Source of the DNA: a virus | Lineage: Duplodnaviria > Caudoviricetes | Strand: one strand, 5' to 3' | Virus record (IMG/VR): IMGVR_UViG_3300005662_000046 | Location: 1 to 62,251 of that record | DNA: 62,251 nucleotides | In this document: piece after piece, positions 1 to 8,308 of the stretch | Layout of the letters: each line of letters opens with the position of its first letter | How positions within the stretch are numbered: position 1 is the first letter of the stretch | The notes under the pieces: model-generated | What the model was told of the DNA's origin: nothing | What the model saw: only the letters and a program-made list of their open reading frames with translations | The model's database searches: none | Translations under genes and position numbers: made by a program

Positions 1-243
1 GGGAGCTTGGCCCTTGATCCCTTTTTCTGGAGTTCCAGATGTTCTTTTTCTTTGAACTGCGCTTTTCTTTTGTGCGCTAGACATAGCCTTGGCCTTTGCA
101 ACTGGTACACACTTTGCATACCCCGATCCGCCAACGCCAGAAGTTCCACAAGGTTGATATTTGCCCTTCTTTTTGGGAGCGCCAATGTTAACCCATTTCT
201 GGTCAAACCATTTGGTTAATCCAACTCCCTTAGGACCAGGCAT
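1..243 (-). CDS. Basic phage protein, DUF5872-like, runs off the window edge (MPGPKGVGLTKWFDQKWVNIG...)
   Basis: Hand translation; ATG at 243 overlaps the TAA of the upstream gene; LxKWFxxKW motif recalled from this phage family. Confidence 0.6.
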   Translation of the reverse strand, partial: MPGPKGVGLTKWFDQKWVNIGAPKKKGKYQPCGTSGVGGSGYAKCVPVAKAKAMSSAQKKSAVQRKRTSGTPEKGIKGQAP

Positions 244-422
244 TACTTACTCTTCTTTGCCTTTTTAGTAGAGACAGTTTTCCAACCACCGCCCATAGCT
301 TTGTATTTTTTAGCAGCCCAAGCATTTGCATACGCAGATGGATAAACATCGAACTTAGATTTAGCTTGAGACTTAGCAGAAGACCAGAGGGCTGGTTTTG
401 TTGGTTTATTTTGTTTTGCCAT
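243..422 (-). CDS. 59-aa basic protein, DUF5872-like (MAKQNKPTKPALWSSAKSQAKSKFDVYPSAYANAWAAKKYKAMGGGW...)
   Basis: Hand translation, below the ORF-track cutoff; TAATG coupling to the next gene; SAY...YKxxGG motif. Confidence 0.65.
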   Translation of the reverse strand: MAKQNKPTKPALWSSAKSQAKSKFDVYPSAYANAWAAKKYKAMGGGWKTVSTKKAKKSK

Positions 423-425
423 AAT

Positions 426-629
426 TTACAACTTTGTAGCTATGATATAGATTTGCACAATGTGAAAAGTAAAATAAATAAGGTTCAATCCCCAACCTTT
501 AAAAGACTGCTTATTGATATGCCAGTGCATGTCGTGCGGATTGTGGCCTTCATTATGACAATTATGATTGTCGTGAGATTCACATGGTTCATCATTCTTG
601 ATATGATGATTTCTATTTGTGCAGTTCAT
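426..629 (-). CDS. Small His-rich protein with hydrophobic C-terminus
   Basis: 67-aa ORF packed between neighbours with 2-3 nt gaps. Confidence 0.55.
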   Translation of the reverse strand: MNCTNRNHHIKNDEPCESHDNHNCHNEGHNPHDMHWHINKQSFKGWGLNLIYFTFHIVQIYIIATKL

Positions 630-631
630 GA

Positions 632-835
632 TTACTTCTTCTTGCTTATTTTTCTAAGAGTCTTAGCAAGCGCTGCTTGCTTGCGGGTAAGTGGACTATA
701 TTTACCTGGATTCTTTGACACGGCAGCTGCCATACCTGCTACAGACTTGCCAGCCTTCTTTGCTTTAGCGGTAAAAGCTCCTGGTCTTTTAATAGCTCCT
801 TGAATCCATTTTTTATCTGACTTTTTTGCTGCCAT
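632..835 (-). CDS. Small Lys/Ala-rich basic phage protein (KWIQGAIKRPGAF...)
   Basis: ORF track; AGGAG Shine-Dalgarno upstream. Confidence 0.75.
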   Translation of the reverse strand: MAAKKSDKKWIQGAIKRPGAFTAKAKKAGKSVAGMAAAVSKNPGKYSPLTRKQAALAKTLRKISKKK

Positions 836-1082
836 TTTTTTTACTCCTTAAAATTCTTGGTTCCTGTATTATAGCACCAGTAACATGATCATGAATATGG
901 GTATCTATTTTAGCTTCAATATGAGCTAGGTCTTCATCCATAGAAGTGAGACTTATCTTAAGATCGTCTAGCTTTGCAGCTACAAATCCATGATCTTGTT
1001 TGTTTTCTCTTCTGGCTTTTTCTAAAAGAGTAACAATAATAGCGCCGACAACGCCAATGAGAGCAACAGTAATCTGTTCCAT
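813..1082 (-). CDS. Membrane protein with N-terminal TM helix and coiled coil; holin-like lysis accessory candidate
   Basis: MEQITVALIGVVGAIIVTLLEK starts 1 nt after the endolysin stop; probable true start 1082 rather than 1331. Confidence 0.6.
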   Translation of the reverse strand: MEQITVALIGVVGAIIVTLLEKARRENKQDHGFVAAKLDDLKISLTSMDEDLAHIEAKIDTHIHDHVTGAIIQEPRILRSKKNGSKKVR

Positions 1083-1083
1083 C

Positions 1084-1850
1084 TCACGCAAGTCCAAGTA
1101 GTTCTTTGACCTTTGGGCCAGGAACCGAATCGGCTGATAGTTTATTGGCAACTTTGAAAGCCTTAATAGCTGCGTCTGTTGCTGCATCTTTTTGGCCGTT
1201 AATTTCTCCCTTATAAAAACCTTTAACCTTAAGTGCTTCTTGAAGTTTAGATATTTCATTATCTCCACTTGCAGCTGGAGCCACTGAACCTGCTGGCTTT
1301 GTCCAATTATTTTTTGCCATCCACTCAGCAACTGCTGGTGGTGGATTATCTCCGTCTACATAACGAAGATGCCATGGTTCGGATGGAACAACTTCCCATG
1401 AGAAACCAAATTTCTTCACGTTTGCAATGAGCCAATTAATACGTTTTGGCTCTGAAGCGTTGGCGATGTCAACAGCTAATCCGCAAGTTGTGCATGCTCT
1501 TACCTGGTGTGGCAAGCATTGCCATACCCTTCTTGAGATACCATGTTTTGCCTTCAAAAGTTTTTGTACTTGCGCCCGGAATTGCCTCAGTCTGGTATCT
1601 TTGCAGGAATCCAGCTTTCTGAGAATCATACGAACGATATGTATCTCCGCGCACTCGTTGGCTTAAGCTCAAGTCCTTCAGCTTTTGCTGCTTCATCCAT
1701 AGCATTATATGCAGCTGCAGCTAGCCAGTGCATTTTTCCGCCAGCTTCAATTGGTCTTAGTAAATGTGCTGGCAACTTACCAGGCTCAATGCCCTTTAGG
1801 TCAGCTGGATTTTTGACAGGAACTATATAGTCCCATGCGACTTTGCTCAT
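1084..1850 (-). CDS. Endolysin, M15/VanY-type peptidase plus C-terminal peptidoglycan-binding domain; 254 aa after two +1 shifts (CGGA at 1646-1649 and 1480-1483)
   Basis: Joining three track ORFs gives TSA-GDTYRSY...SMHNL-GLAVD...EPWH (SxHxxGxAxD and ExWH motifs) and LQEALKVKGFY...GPK PG-binding repeat. Confidence 0.9.
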
Positions 1851-1878
1851 AGTGATCTCCTATAAAGTAGGTAATGTA

Positions 1879-1885
1879 TATAGTA
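1879..1885 (-). promoter_or_regulatory. TACTATA promoter-like motif upstream of the endolysin
   Basis: Same heptamer found in five intergenic gaps 17-35 nt before start codons. Confidence 0.55.
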
Positions 1886-1893
1886 ACATATAT

Positions 1894-1931
1894 AAAAAAA
1901 AATCCCCACCTAAAAAGTAGATGGGGATTTT
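1894..1931 (-). terminator. Rho-independent terminator
   Basis: Minus strand AAAATCCCCATCTAC-TTTT-TAGGTGGGGA followed by a T run. Confidence 0.8.
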
Positions 1932-1939
1932 AAAAAAAA

Positions 1940-2086
1940 CTATTTTTTATTTGTTGACTTTGAAGAGGCTTCCTTGCCTTTTGGCATGTTTTTCTTCATT
2001 GAGACAATATTCTGCATCATTGGCTTACCGGCTAGAGTCGTCGTCTGCATTGCAGTTGATTGCTTCTTTTTCTTTTTTGCTGCCAT
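1940..2086 (-). CDS. 48-aa Lys-rich micro-protein (MAAKKKKKQSTAMQ...)
   Basis: Hand translation; tight packing with neighbours. Confidence 0.6.
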   Translation of the reverse strand: MAAKKKKKQSTAMQTTTLAGKPMMQNIVSMKKNMPKGKEASSKSTNKK

Positions 2087-2090
2087 TATA

Positions 2091-2234
2091 TTACTTCTTC
2101 TTTTTCTTAGCAATTGCTGCTTGAATAAATGGTGGGAGCTTCTTCTGAGCGGCTGTCATGCCGTCCATTTTTGCTGCTGCCTTTTTAGCAGGAGCCTTCT
2201 TTGCCATCTTTTTTGCTTTCTTCATCATTGCCAT
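2091..2234 (-). CDS. 47-aa Lys/Ala-rich histone-like micro-protein (MAMMKKAKKMAKKAPAKKAAAK...)
   Basis: Hand translation; AGGAG upstream; PAKKAAAK motif. Confidence 0.7.
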   Translation of the reverse strand: MAMMKKAKKMAKKAPAKKAAAKMDGMTAAQKKLPPFIQAAIAKKKKK

Positions 2235-2243
2235 TATTTTCTC

Positions 2244-2546
2244 CTATTTTTTATTTTTATTTCTTTTTGAAATAGCTGCTGCTTTTTTCTTAGCATCAGC
2301 TTTAGAACTAGCGCCCCAAGCTTTTAAAGAAAGCAGCAATCTGGTTGGCTCTCCATTCGGCTTTCTTTCTGGGCCAGGCATGTTTCCCATACGGGCAAGA
2401 AATGACGCTCTACGTGGATTGTCTCCAGCTTTTACTGGGGCCTTAAGATTCATGCCCTGTTTCTTAGCGGAAGCGCGTCCCTTAGCATTTAATCCGCCCT
2501 TAGGGTTTTTCCCTGCTTTTGTTTGCCATGCGGGTGACTTTGCCAT
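2244..2546 (-). CDS. Basic phage protein (AWQTKAGKNPKGGLNAKGRAS...RRASFLARM), DUF6321-like
   Basis: ORF track; motif recalled from aquatic phage proteins. Confidence 0.7.
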   Translation of the reverse strand: MAKSPAWQTKAGKNPKGGLNAKGRASAKKQGMNLKAPVKAGDNPRRASFLARMGNMPGPERKPNGEPTRLLLSLKAWGASSKADAKKKAAAISKRNKNKK

Positions 2547-2693
2547 TATTTTTTGCCCTTCTTTTTATTCGTATTCTTTTTCTTAATAGAAGTTTTTTTA
2601 ACTGGCTTTTCTCCCGGTGCAACAATTCCAGTCATTCTATTGTTGGTTCCCATTCTTGGTCCGTGATATGTATATAAAATTTTTCATTACCAT
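2546..2693 (-). CDS. 48-aa basic micro-protein needing a +1 shift at CGGA 2660-2663 (MVMKNFIYIS-GPRMGTNN...KKGKK)
   Basis: GGAGGTG SD; the shifted frame ends in a TAATG overlap with the next gene, the unshifted frame stops after 18 codons. Confidence 0.7.
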
Positions 2694-2714
2694 ACGCACC
2701 TCCGATATGCTTAT

Positions 2715-2721
2715 TATAGTA
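2715..2721 (-). promoter_or_regulatory. TACTATA promoter-like motif
   Basis: Recurrent intergenic heptamer. Confidence 0.5.
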
Positions 2722-2830
2722 CAAGCTAGAAAACAATTTATCAATAAGGTTATTTGTTAATTTTTTTATCTATAATTTCTAACAAATCGTAAACCTTTAA
2801 CCACACCTTCCACAGTAATGTCATCATAAA

Positions 2831-2896
2831 TTATTTATCCTGTGGTTTTGGTGGCTTATTACCTTTTGAAACTTTGCGAAACTTTGCTAACGCCAT
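2831..2896 (-). CDS. 21-aa basic micro-ORF (MALAKFRKVSKGNKPPKPQDK)
   Basis: Strong GGAGG SD; probably the real part of track ORF 2831..3052. Confidence 0.4.
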   Translation of the reverse strand: MALAKFRKVSKGNKPPKPQDK

Positions 2897-2909
2897 GATT
2901 CCTCCATAT

Positions 2910-2947
2910 TTAATACCCCCAGTTCCATTAAGAACCAGGGGTATTAA
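2910..2947 (-). terminator. Long stem-loop (terminator or processing hairpin)
   Basis: TTAATACCCCTGGTTC-TTAATG-GAACTGGGGGTATTAA inverted repeat after the 2955..3158 gene. Confidence 0.6.
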
Positions 2948-2954
2948 GAATACG

Positions 2955-3158
2955 TTATTTCTTTGTAGCTGTCTTTTTTGCAGCGGCTTTTTTTGCAGGT
3001 GTCTTTTTTGCTGCTGCTTTTTTAGCAGGAGCCTTTTGAACCTCGGCCACAACTTCTTCTGCCACAGCTTTAGCCGCTTCGACTACAGCTTCTTTTGCAG
3101 CTGCGATCTCTGGACTTGTGGAGAAGATGCTTTTAATTTTATTAATTAACTTGCTCAT
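2955..3158 (-). CDS. Histone H1-like protein with PAKKAAAKK repeats
   Basis: ORF track; GAGG SD; Lys/Ala repeats. Confidence 0.75.
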   Translation of the reverse strand: MSKLINKIKSIFSTSPEIAAAKEAVVEAAKAVAEEVVAEVQKAPAKKAAAKKTPAKKAAAKKTATKK

Positions 3159-3192
3159 TTTTTACCTCATTATTTTAATAAGTTTATATGAA

Positions 3193-3199
3193 TATAGTA
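3193..3199 (-). promoter_or_regulatory. TACTATA promoter-like motif
   Basis: Recurrent intergenic heptamer. Confidence 0.5.
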
Positions 3200-3223
3200 C
3201 TCTATGTAATTTGTAAATGCAAA

Positions 3224-3541
3224 TTATCTTGTTTGTTGGGACTCTTTAATTAGTTGATATCTCTCCCCCGTCTCTCTTGAGACTAAAGAAAATGCTTCGG
3301 CGGCTGCTTCCTTAATGGCATTTGAGAAATCCTCACTATTTTCCGGGTTAACCCCAGACATAGGCACTGTTAAACAAGCCATAATATCTACGTTTTCAAA
3401 GTTACCAATATTTACTTTTCTTCCAACAGCCACCGTAAGGACTGGTTCTGTTGTAACTACTACTCTTTGATGAGTGGCAAGTACTGAATCCATAACTGGA
3501 TCAACCGACTGTTCTGTGATGCTTTCTGTTATCTTTGGCAT
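3224..3541 (-). CDS. Hypothetical protein (GRKVNIGNFENVDI motif)
   Basis: ORF track; translational coupling to the upstream gene. Confidence 0.7.
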   Translation of the reverse strand: MPKITESITEQSVDPVMDSVLATHQRVVVTTEPVLTVAVGRKVNIGNFENVDIMACLTVPMSGVNPENSEDFSNAIKEAAAEAFSLVSRETGERYQLIKESQQTR

Positions 3542-4335
3542 TATTCTCCTAGTGTTTCTATTTGATTTTTAACTATTTGCAGTGTAGCTTTTGCTTGATC
3601 TTCAATTGATAGATTATCTGTATTAATAATAAATGTAGAAATTTCTTTTACTAAATCAATTTCTTTTTCAGAATTATGATTCAGCTGTTCATCAGTCATA
3701 TAGACACCATCTCTTTTAAAGATTCTATCCCTTAGAACATCGTCTGAAGCTTCGTATGTAATAATCATGCCATTTGGTTGCTTTAGTATCGACTGAGCTT
3801 CATTAGCAAAACGAACATCGGAGATGATAACACAGATAGGGGTGTCCTCATCTCTACCTTCTTTGATAACTTCATTAATATTTTTTCTATATAATTCCAT
3901 ACTCTTCATTACAGCCCAATGGCAAAAGCACTCTGGATAACCATCTCTACAAATATCTCCTGCAGTCTGCAAGAAAGTTCTTGGCTTGATTCCTTCTTCT
4001 TCTATAGGAAGTTCAAAAATATTTTTGACTTTCTCTACAAAATCTTCATAAGAAGGTATTGTGCCTAACGCAGTTTTTCCGTATATCTCAAATAAAACTT
4101 CATGAATAGAATACATTTTTCTAGACCTGGCATTAAAGCCTTTAATGTTCTTCTTTATTGAAGCCAGTTCATAGAGTGGGAGAGCGTGAAAGATGTGCTC
4201 CCATATGATTCCAGATGAGTTTGTTTGGATTGAACCCTTTGGACACAGGGCTTCAGCTGCTGAGGTTTTACCACTACCAGCTTTGCCAGCTAAACCTAAA
4301 ATTATTGGATGACTCTTTGAATATTTTTTTTCCAT
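3541..4335 (-). CDS. Deoxynucleoside monophosphate kinase
   Basis: GLAGKAGSGKT P-loop, PRTFLQTAG, ISDVRFANEA, HNSE motifs. Confidence 0.85.
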   Translation of the reverse strand: MEKKYSKSHPIILGLAGKAGSGKTSAAEALCPKGSIQTNSSGIIWEHIFHALPLYELASIKKNIKGFNARSRKMYSIHEVLFEIYGKTALGTIPSYEDFVEKVKNIFELPIEEEGIKPRTFLQTAGDICRDGYPECFCHWAVMKSMELYRKNINEVIKEGRDEDTPICVIISDVRFANEAQSILKQPNGMIITYEASDDVLRDRIFKRDGVYMTDEQLNHNSEKEIDLVKEISTFIINTDNLSIEDQAKATLQIVKNQIETLGE

Positions 4336-4342
4336 TGGCTAA

Positions 4343-4783
4343 TTATAGCATAGGTTTTTTTGATTTAGCTTTTCTTTCTTCCAACTTATCGAGAAATTCA
4401 TTACACAGTGCGTCTGGCTCCCAAACAAAACTTCTTTCAACTTGAACAACTTTAAAATTAAATTCATCTCTTATGTCTTCTATGGTCATTAGAAGTGGAG
4501 TTAAAGAGTCGTGTCTACACTTCCACTTACCGCTAATGTGATTAGCTACCACTGCTGAATCAGTATAAATAATTGGGTCATAGAATTCACCCATGGAACA
4601 TATAAGTAAACCAGATATTACAGCCTCATACTCAGCTTCATTATTACTTCTTGGGCCTAAGCCTCTAGCAAACTGCGCTATTTTTTTTCTGTTCTTATAA
4701 ACAGATACTGCACACGCTGCTTCTCCAATTTTCTTTTGACCTTGTCCTCTTGATGCGCCGTCACAAAATACTTCTATAATCAC
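4343..4783 (-). CDS. rnhA: Ribonuclease HI
   Basis: FCDGASRG, NNEAEYEA, YTDSAVV, DAL motifs. Confidence 0.9.
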   Translation of the reverse strand: MIIEVFCDGASRGQGQKKIGEAACAVSVYKNRKKIAQFARGLGPRSNNEAEYEAVISGLLICSMGEFYDPIIYTDSAVVANHISGKWKCRHDSLTPLLMTIEDIRDEFNFKVVQVERSFVWEPDALCNEFLDKLEERKAKSKKPML

Positions 4784-4794
4784 AATAAATCAGC

Positions 4795-5010
4795 TTACTT
4801 ACCATCTACGTTTACGTCTATTTCAATACCCAAACTCTTTATCCTGTTTTTAAAATTTTTTAATTGAGTTTGACCATTGATCATAAATGTAGAATTAAGT
4901 GTGTATCTTTCTTTTTTGTATTCAATCTGAGTTGGATAATCTAAGGTGTCTCTAACCTTTGAATAGAATTCGGTAGCCGAATTTACTGATTTATAATGAG
5001 CTATATACAA
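4795..5010 (-). CDS. Hypothetical protein
   Basis: ORF track; GGAG SD before a TTG start. Confidence 0.6.
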   Translation of the reverse strand: MYIAHYKSVNSATEFYSKVRDTLDYPTQIEYKKERYTLNSTFMINGQTQLKNFKNRIKSLGIEIDVNVDGK

Positions 5011-5027
5011 AATGGTTCTCCAAATCT

Positions 5028-5543
5028 TTAGTAGGTGTTAAAATCTTTTTCACTAAAGTAACCTTTTTCTTCCCTAGCAGAAGCTACCTGCATTGATTGT
5101 ATTTTGTCTATTAGCTTTCTTGCAGACTCTGATGCTATTCTAGCTGCAAGCTCCATAGATTCAGCCAGGTTAACTATGGCTTCTGCGGTTATAAGTGCAG
5201 TGTATTCACTCTCTGCAGCCTCTAATGCATTTGCTTCGCGCTCAGCTTCATTCTTTCCAACCCTGTTAGCTTTGTATACTTTCTTGTAGCTTCCTTCTAT
5301 TAGTTTATATTGAGCTCTTGCCATACCGGCTAGTCTTGCAACTCTTCCGTAAACATTTGAAGTTCTTGCAACCAACGAAGCCATTTCATGGATTCCTAAA
5401 TCCAATGTATCAACATCAGGTATTGAAACAAAGTATAATGAATTACTACTATCTGAAGTGTATGCTGAAACTATCTCCTCTATTTGAGGGCCTATAAATT
5501 CTCTTAATAATTCATTCATTCTTTGTAAAGATTGAAGGTTCAT
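5028..5543 (-). CDS. Helical/coiled-coil protein, weakly reminiscent of UvsY-like recombination mediators
   Basis: ORF track; function uncertain. Confidence 0.5.
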   Translation of the reverse strand: MNLQSLQRMNELLREFIGPQIEEIVSAYTSDSSNSLYFVSIPDVDTLDLGIHEMASLVARTSNVYGRVARLAGMARAQYKLIEGSYKKVYKANRVGKNEAEREANALEAAESEYTALITAEAIVNLAESMELAARIASESARKLIDKIQSMQVASAREEKGYFSEKDFNTY

Positions 5544-5550
5544 TGTCTAC

Positions 5551-6398
5551 CTATCTAAAGTTAATTTCATCTCGCATCTTAGATTCTACCACAAGATTAG
5601 TTACCTTTGCCCTTATTTTACCTAAATGTTCTCTTACTGTATTTGGATGTTCTGAAATTTTTTTACTTATTTCACTAGATCTTAAGTCATCTATGTATCG
5701 CCATTTAAGTAGTTGTCTTTCCTGAACTGAAAGAAATATAAAAGGTTCTGCGCATGTTTCGCCCAACACCCAAAACTCATTAATATCTTCTGTAGAAAGA
5801 AATTCTTCCATCTCTCTTTCCTCTGGTGGAGCTTTAAAACCAACTTGCTTTTCTCCATCTTCTCCGTCATCACTTGAGTCATCACTTAAAAGAGGAAAGC
5901 TTTTTCTACCCAATTGATCTATTAGGAATGTATCAACATTCTTTTTAAGAAGATAGAAAAAGTAACTATATAAAAATCCGGCTAAATGGTATTGGTCCTT
6001 TTTCGGAATCTTTTCTTTGATACCTTGTTATGCATTGAAAGAACGTCATGTCTACCGTTTGCCTAACGTCTATTTCTTCACCATATCTTTTTGCCATATA
6101 TACTATACCGTCGTAACACTTCATTTACATGCTTGTATCCGGCTTGATTAAGTTTGTTTTTCATCAGTGCAAATCTAACATATGAATCTTTTACAAACAA
6201 AGATGTAAATCTTCTGATGTCGTAGTCGTTCAAGTTATACTTGCCATGATATAACAATGTTGTATATTTTGTAAGAAAATTATTAAAAACTTTTAACAGT
6301 TCTTTTTTAGCTCTTTCATCTCCACTTTTAGCCTTAGCTATTAGGGCCTGCATTTCTTCTTCTTCTAAATTGTAATACTGTTCCTTGTACGCTGCCAT
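5551..6398 (-). CDS. Sigma-70 family RNA polymerase sigma factor; 281 aa after two +1 shifts (CGGT 6107-6110, CGGA 5977-5980)
   Basis: LIAKAKSGDERAKKELL (region 1.2/2.1-like); hidden middle segment GIVYMAKRYGEEIDVRQTVDMTFFQCITRY...PFS-GFLYSY (region 2); LSVQERQLLKWRY...EISKKISEHPNTVREHL (region 4 HTH). Confidence 0.85.
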
Positions 6399-6400
6399 GA

Positions 6401-6959
6401 TTACTTGCCTTCCCAAATTGATATTTTGTCAGAATAATAATTTCTGATATCTTCGTAATAAATCACCTGCGGTATTTCTAGCTCAGCGGCAAAAGCTTTA
6501 CCTTCGGTTGAATACTTGCTTATTATAAAAGTTAGTTTATTAAACTCTGACTCATAATACCTTTTAAATCTCTTTAATTTAGTCATGCTTTTGGCGTCAA
6601 GGTATCCCTTGATCTCAACCCAACTTGAATCAACTTGTGTAAAAAAATCTGGAGTATAACCTTTTGTTCCGTCTCTTAATTGGAAAGGCAAAAACTGTTG
6701 GTTCAAAATCAAACTTAATTTTGTACGCTGTTAAAATTCTAGCAAAGTTTGCTTCCCAGTTAGACCTTAGGGTTAATCCTAAATCTTCTCTAAATCCAGT
6801 CTTAGTATGTTGATACGCATTCCCTCTTTTTATCTTTACTAGATCAACTGCACTAGAGTCATAGGCAGTGTTCTTTATTTCGCTAAAATCTGGATGTTTT
6901 TTTAGTGGAGAAATTTCCAAAAAATATTCCTCCGGCTTGACAATGTTGAGCTCTTTCAT
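6401..6959 (-). CDS. PD-(D/E)XK endonuclease (T7 endonuclease I-like); 185 aa after a +1 shift at CGGA 6668-6671
   Basis: RSNWEANFA...FEP...IKR-GTKGYTPDF...WVEIKG; catalytic PD and ExK lie only after the shift. Confidence 0.85.
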
Positions 6960-7033
6960 GGTATCCTTTAGGCCTAAACTAATCTACTCCATTATAAATT
7001 ATAAAAAGTAAAAAAACAAAAAACCCGTAAGGG

Positions 7034-7062
7034 TTGTCAAACAGAAGAAAACGGAGTATAAT
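7034..7062 (+). promoter_or_regulatory. Near-consensus sigma70/SigA promoter (TTGTCA-17 bp-TATAAT)
   Basis: -35 at 7034-7039, -10 at 7057-7062, A-rich UP-like tract; ATG 6 nt downstream implies a leaderless mRNA. Confidence 0.85.
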
Positions 7063-7068
7063 AAAAAC

Positions 7069-7242
7069 ATGAACACATTAAACACAATCATTGATAGCAT
7101 GCTAATTGAGGTTAACGAAGAGATTATTTCGGACCTCAGCAGACTCGGATATTCACGCACAGAAGCCACCAAGGTGGTTAGTGAATTCAGCGATTTCGAT
7201 CTTATCGAAGACGCAGCTTTGAACCCAGTCTCAGCATTCTAA
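7069..7242 (+). CDS. 57-aa acidic protein, the only convincing + strand gene (MNTLNTIIDSMLIEVNEEIISDLSRLGYSRTEATKVVSEF...)
   Basis: Hand translation; has its own promoter and terminator. Confidence 0.75.
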   Translation: MNTLNTIIDSMLIEVNEEIISDLSRLGYSRTEATKVVSEFSDFDLIEDAALNPVSAF

Positions 7243-7264
7243 TTATCAATACCTTAAAGTAATT

Positions 7265-7290
7265 AGCCAGGGCTTTCGCCCTGGCTTTTT
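7265..7290 (+). terminator. Rho-independent terminator between convergent genes
   Basis: AGCCAGGGC-TTTC-GCCCTGGCT followed by TTTT. Confidence 0.9.
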
Positions 7291-7315
7291 GCTTTATCCT
7301 AATAAAGAATATCAG

Positions 7316-8117
7316 CTATGCTTTTGCTAGTTTTCTAGCTCTAAATACACCGGTTCCACAAGCACCAGACTTTGCAAAGTCACAGAACGTGCATGAGCGT
7401 TCGTTCTTTGTTGGCAAGAATGACGAATCGTTTATAATTGAATCTAGTGTAGATATTAAATTAATTTTAATATTTTCTATATCATCCTTAGTGAATAGGT
7501 GGCCTTTACGCCTTCCGGGACCTAAGGTAATACAGCTCAGCGTATATATTTTTATCTGGATATAAATAGTCAACCGCCATTGCGTATATGCCCAATTGTA
7601 GATTGGTTGGTATATCCTTTGGTGACACTTCCCATTTGCCAGTTTTATAATCTATAATCTTTACGCCATCTTCACCCCAGGAATCTATTCTATCTATGTA
7701 TCCAGATATCAAATAGCTTCCTAAAACAAACCTAAAACCATATTCTTTATGGAGAACATCAAATTTAGTATTGGCGTACTGGTCGAAGAATTCGTCTAGT
7801 ATTTCTTTCCCTGCATCGATTAGCTCTGGTTTAATCTTACTATCTGGATCCTGAGTTGTTAACTCCTTAGAGTAGGCGTCTTGTAGTTTAGAGAAATCGA
7901 GTGTCTCAGTTGCGCTTACATTATCCTCTAATACTGAATGAACTATATTTCCCAGTACAGCTGCCTCACCAAAAAGGCGTGGTTCTTTTTGAATATATGT
8001 ATAAAAATATTTTGAAGGACACATTTTATATGTGTCTATTCTTGAGTAGGAAAAATCAGTTAAAGATAATTTTTCAAAATCACTTACATCTTCTAAGTTT
8101 CTAATAGCTAATTTCAT
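7316..8117 (-). CDS. RecB/Cas4-like PD-(D/E)XK exonuclease with Fe-S cysteines; 266 aa after a +1 shift at CGGA 7514-7517
   Basis: SYSRIDTYKMCP, GYIDRID, IIDYKTG, QLGIY, then LRS-GRRK...CTFCDF...C. Confidence 0.88.
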
Positions 8118-8308
8118 TAGTCTTCAATTCCATCCCCGTAAGGATTTTTGTTTTCGAATATTAAATTTCCATTTGAATCGTATTCATTACCAAGTTCATC
8201 GATAATATTACCAGTGTAAATATTTTTATACTTACCTTCACCGAATGGCGCCCAACCGCTTGTCCCCATTTCCATTTGGTCATCTTCGTTATACGGCCAA
8301 GACATCAT
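8117..8308 (-). CDS. Hypothetical acidic protein
   Basis: ORF track; GGAGG SD. Confidence 0.6.
   Translation of the reverse strand: MMSWPYNEDDQMEMGTSGWAPFGEGKYKNIYTGNIIDELGNEYDSNGNLIFENKNPYGDGIED

Noticed and set aside
2027-2030. GCCGGTAA as another CGGT site
   Set aside because: Translation shows GCC GGT AAG; the CGG is out of frame and the 48-aa ORF is intact.
2750-2827. 25-aa micro-ORF MMTLLWKVWLKVYDLLEIIDKKINK
   Set aside because: It fills the gap plausibly but is too short and has too weak an SD to call with confidence.
7316-8117. Cas4-like gene as evidence of a CRISPR-Cas system
   Set aside because: No other cas genes or array; stand-alone RecB/Cas4-like nucleases are common in phages.
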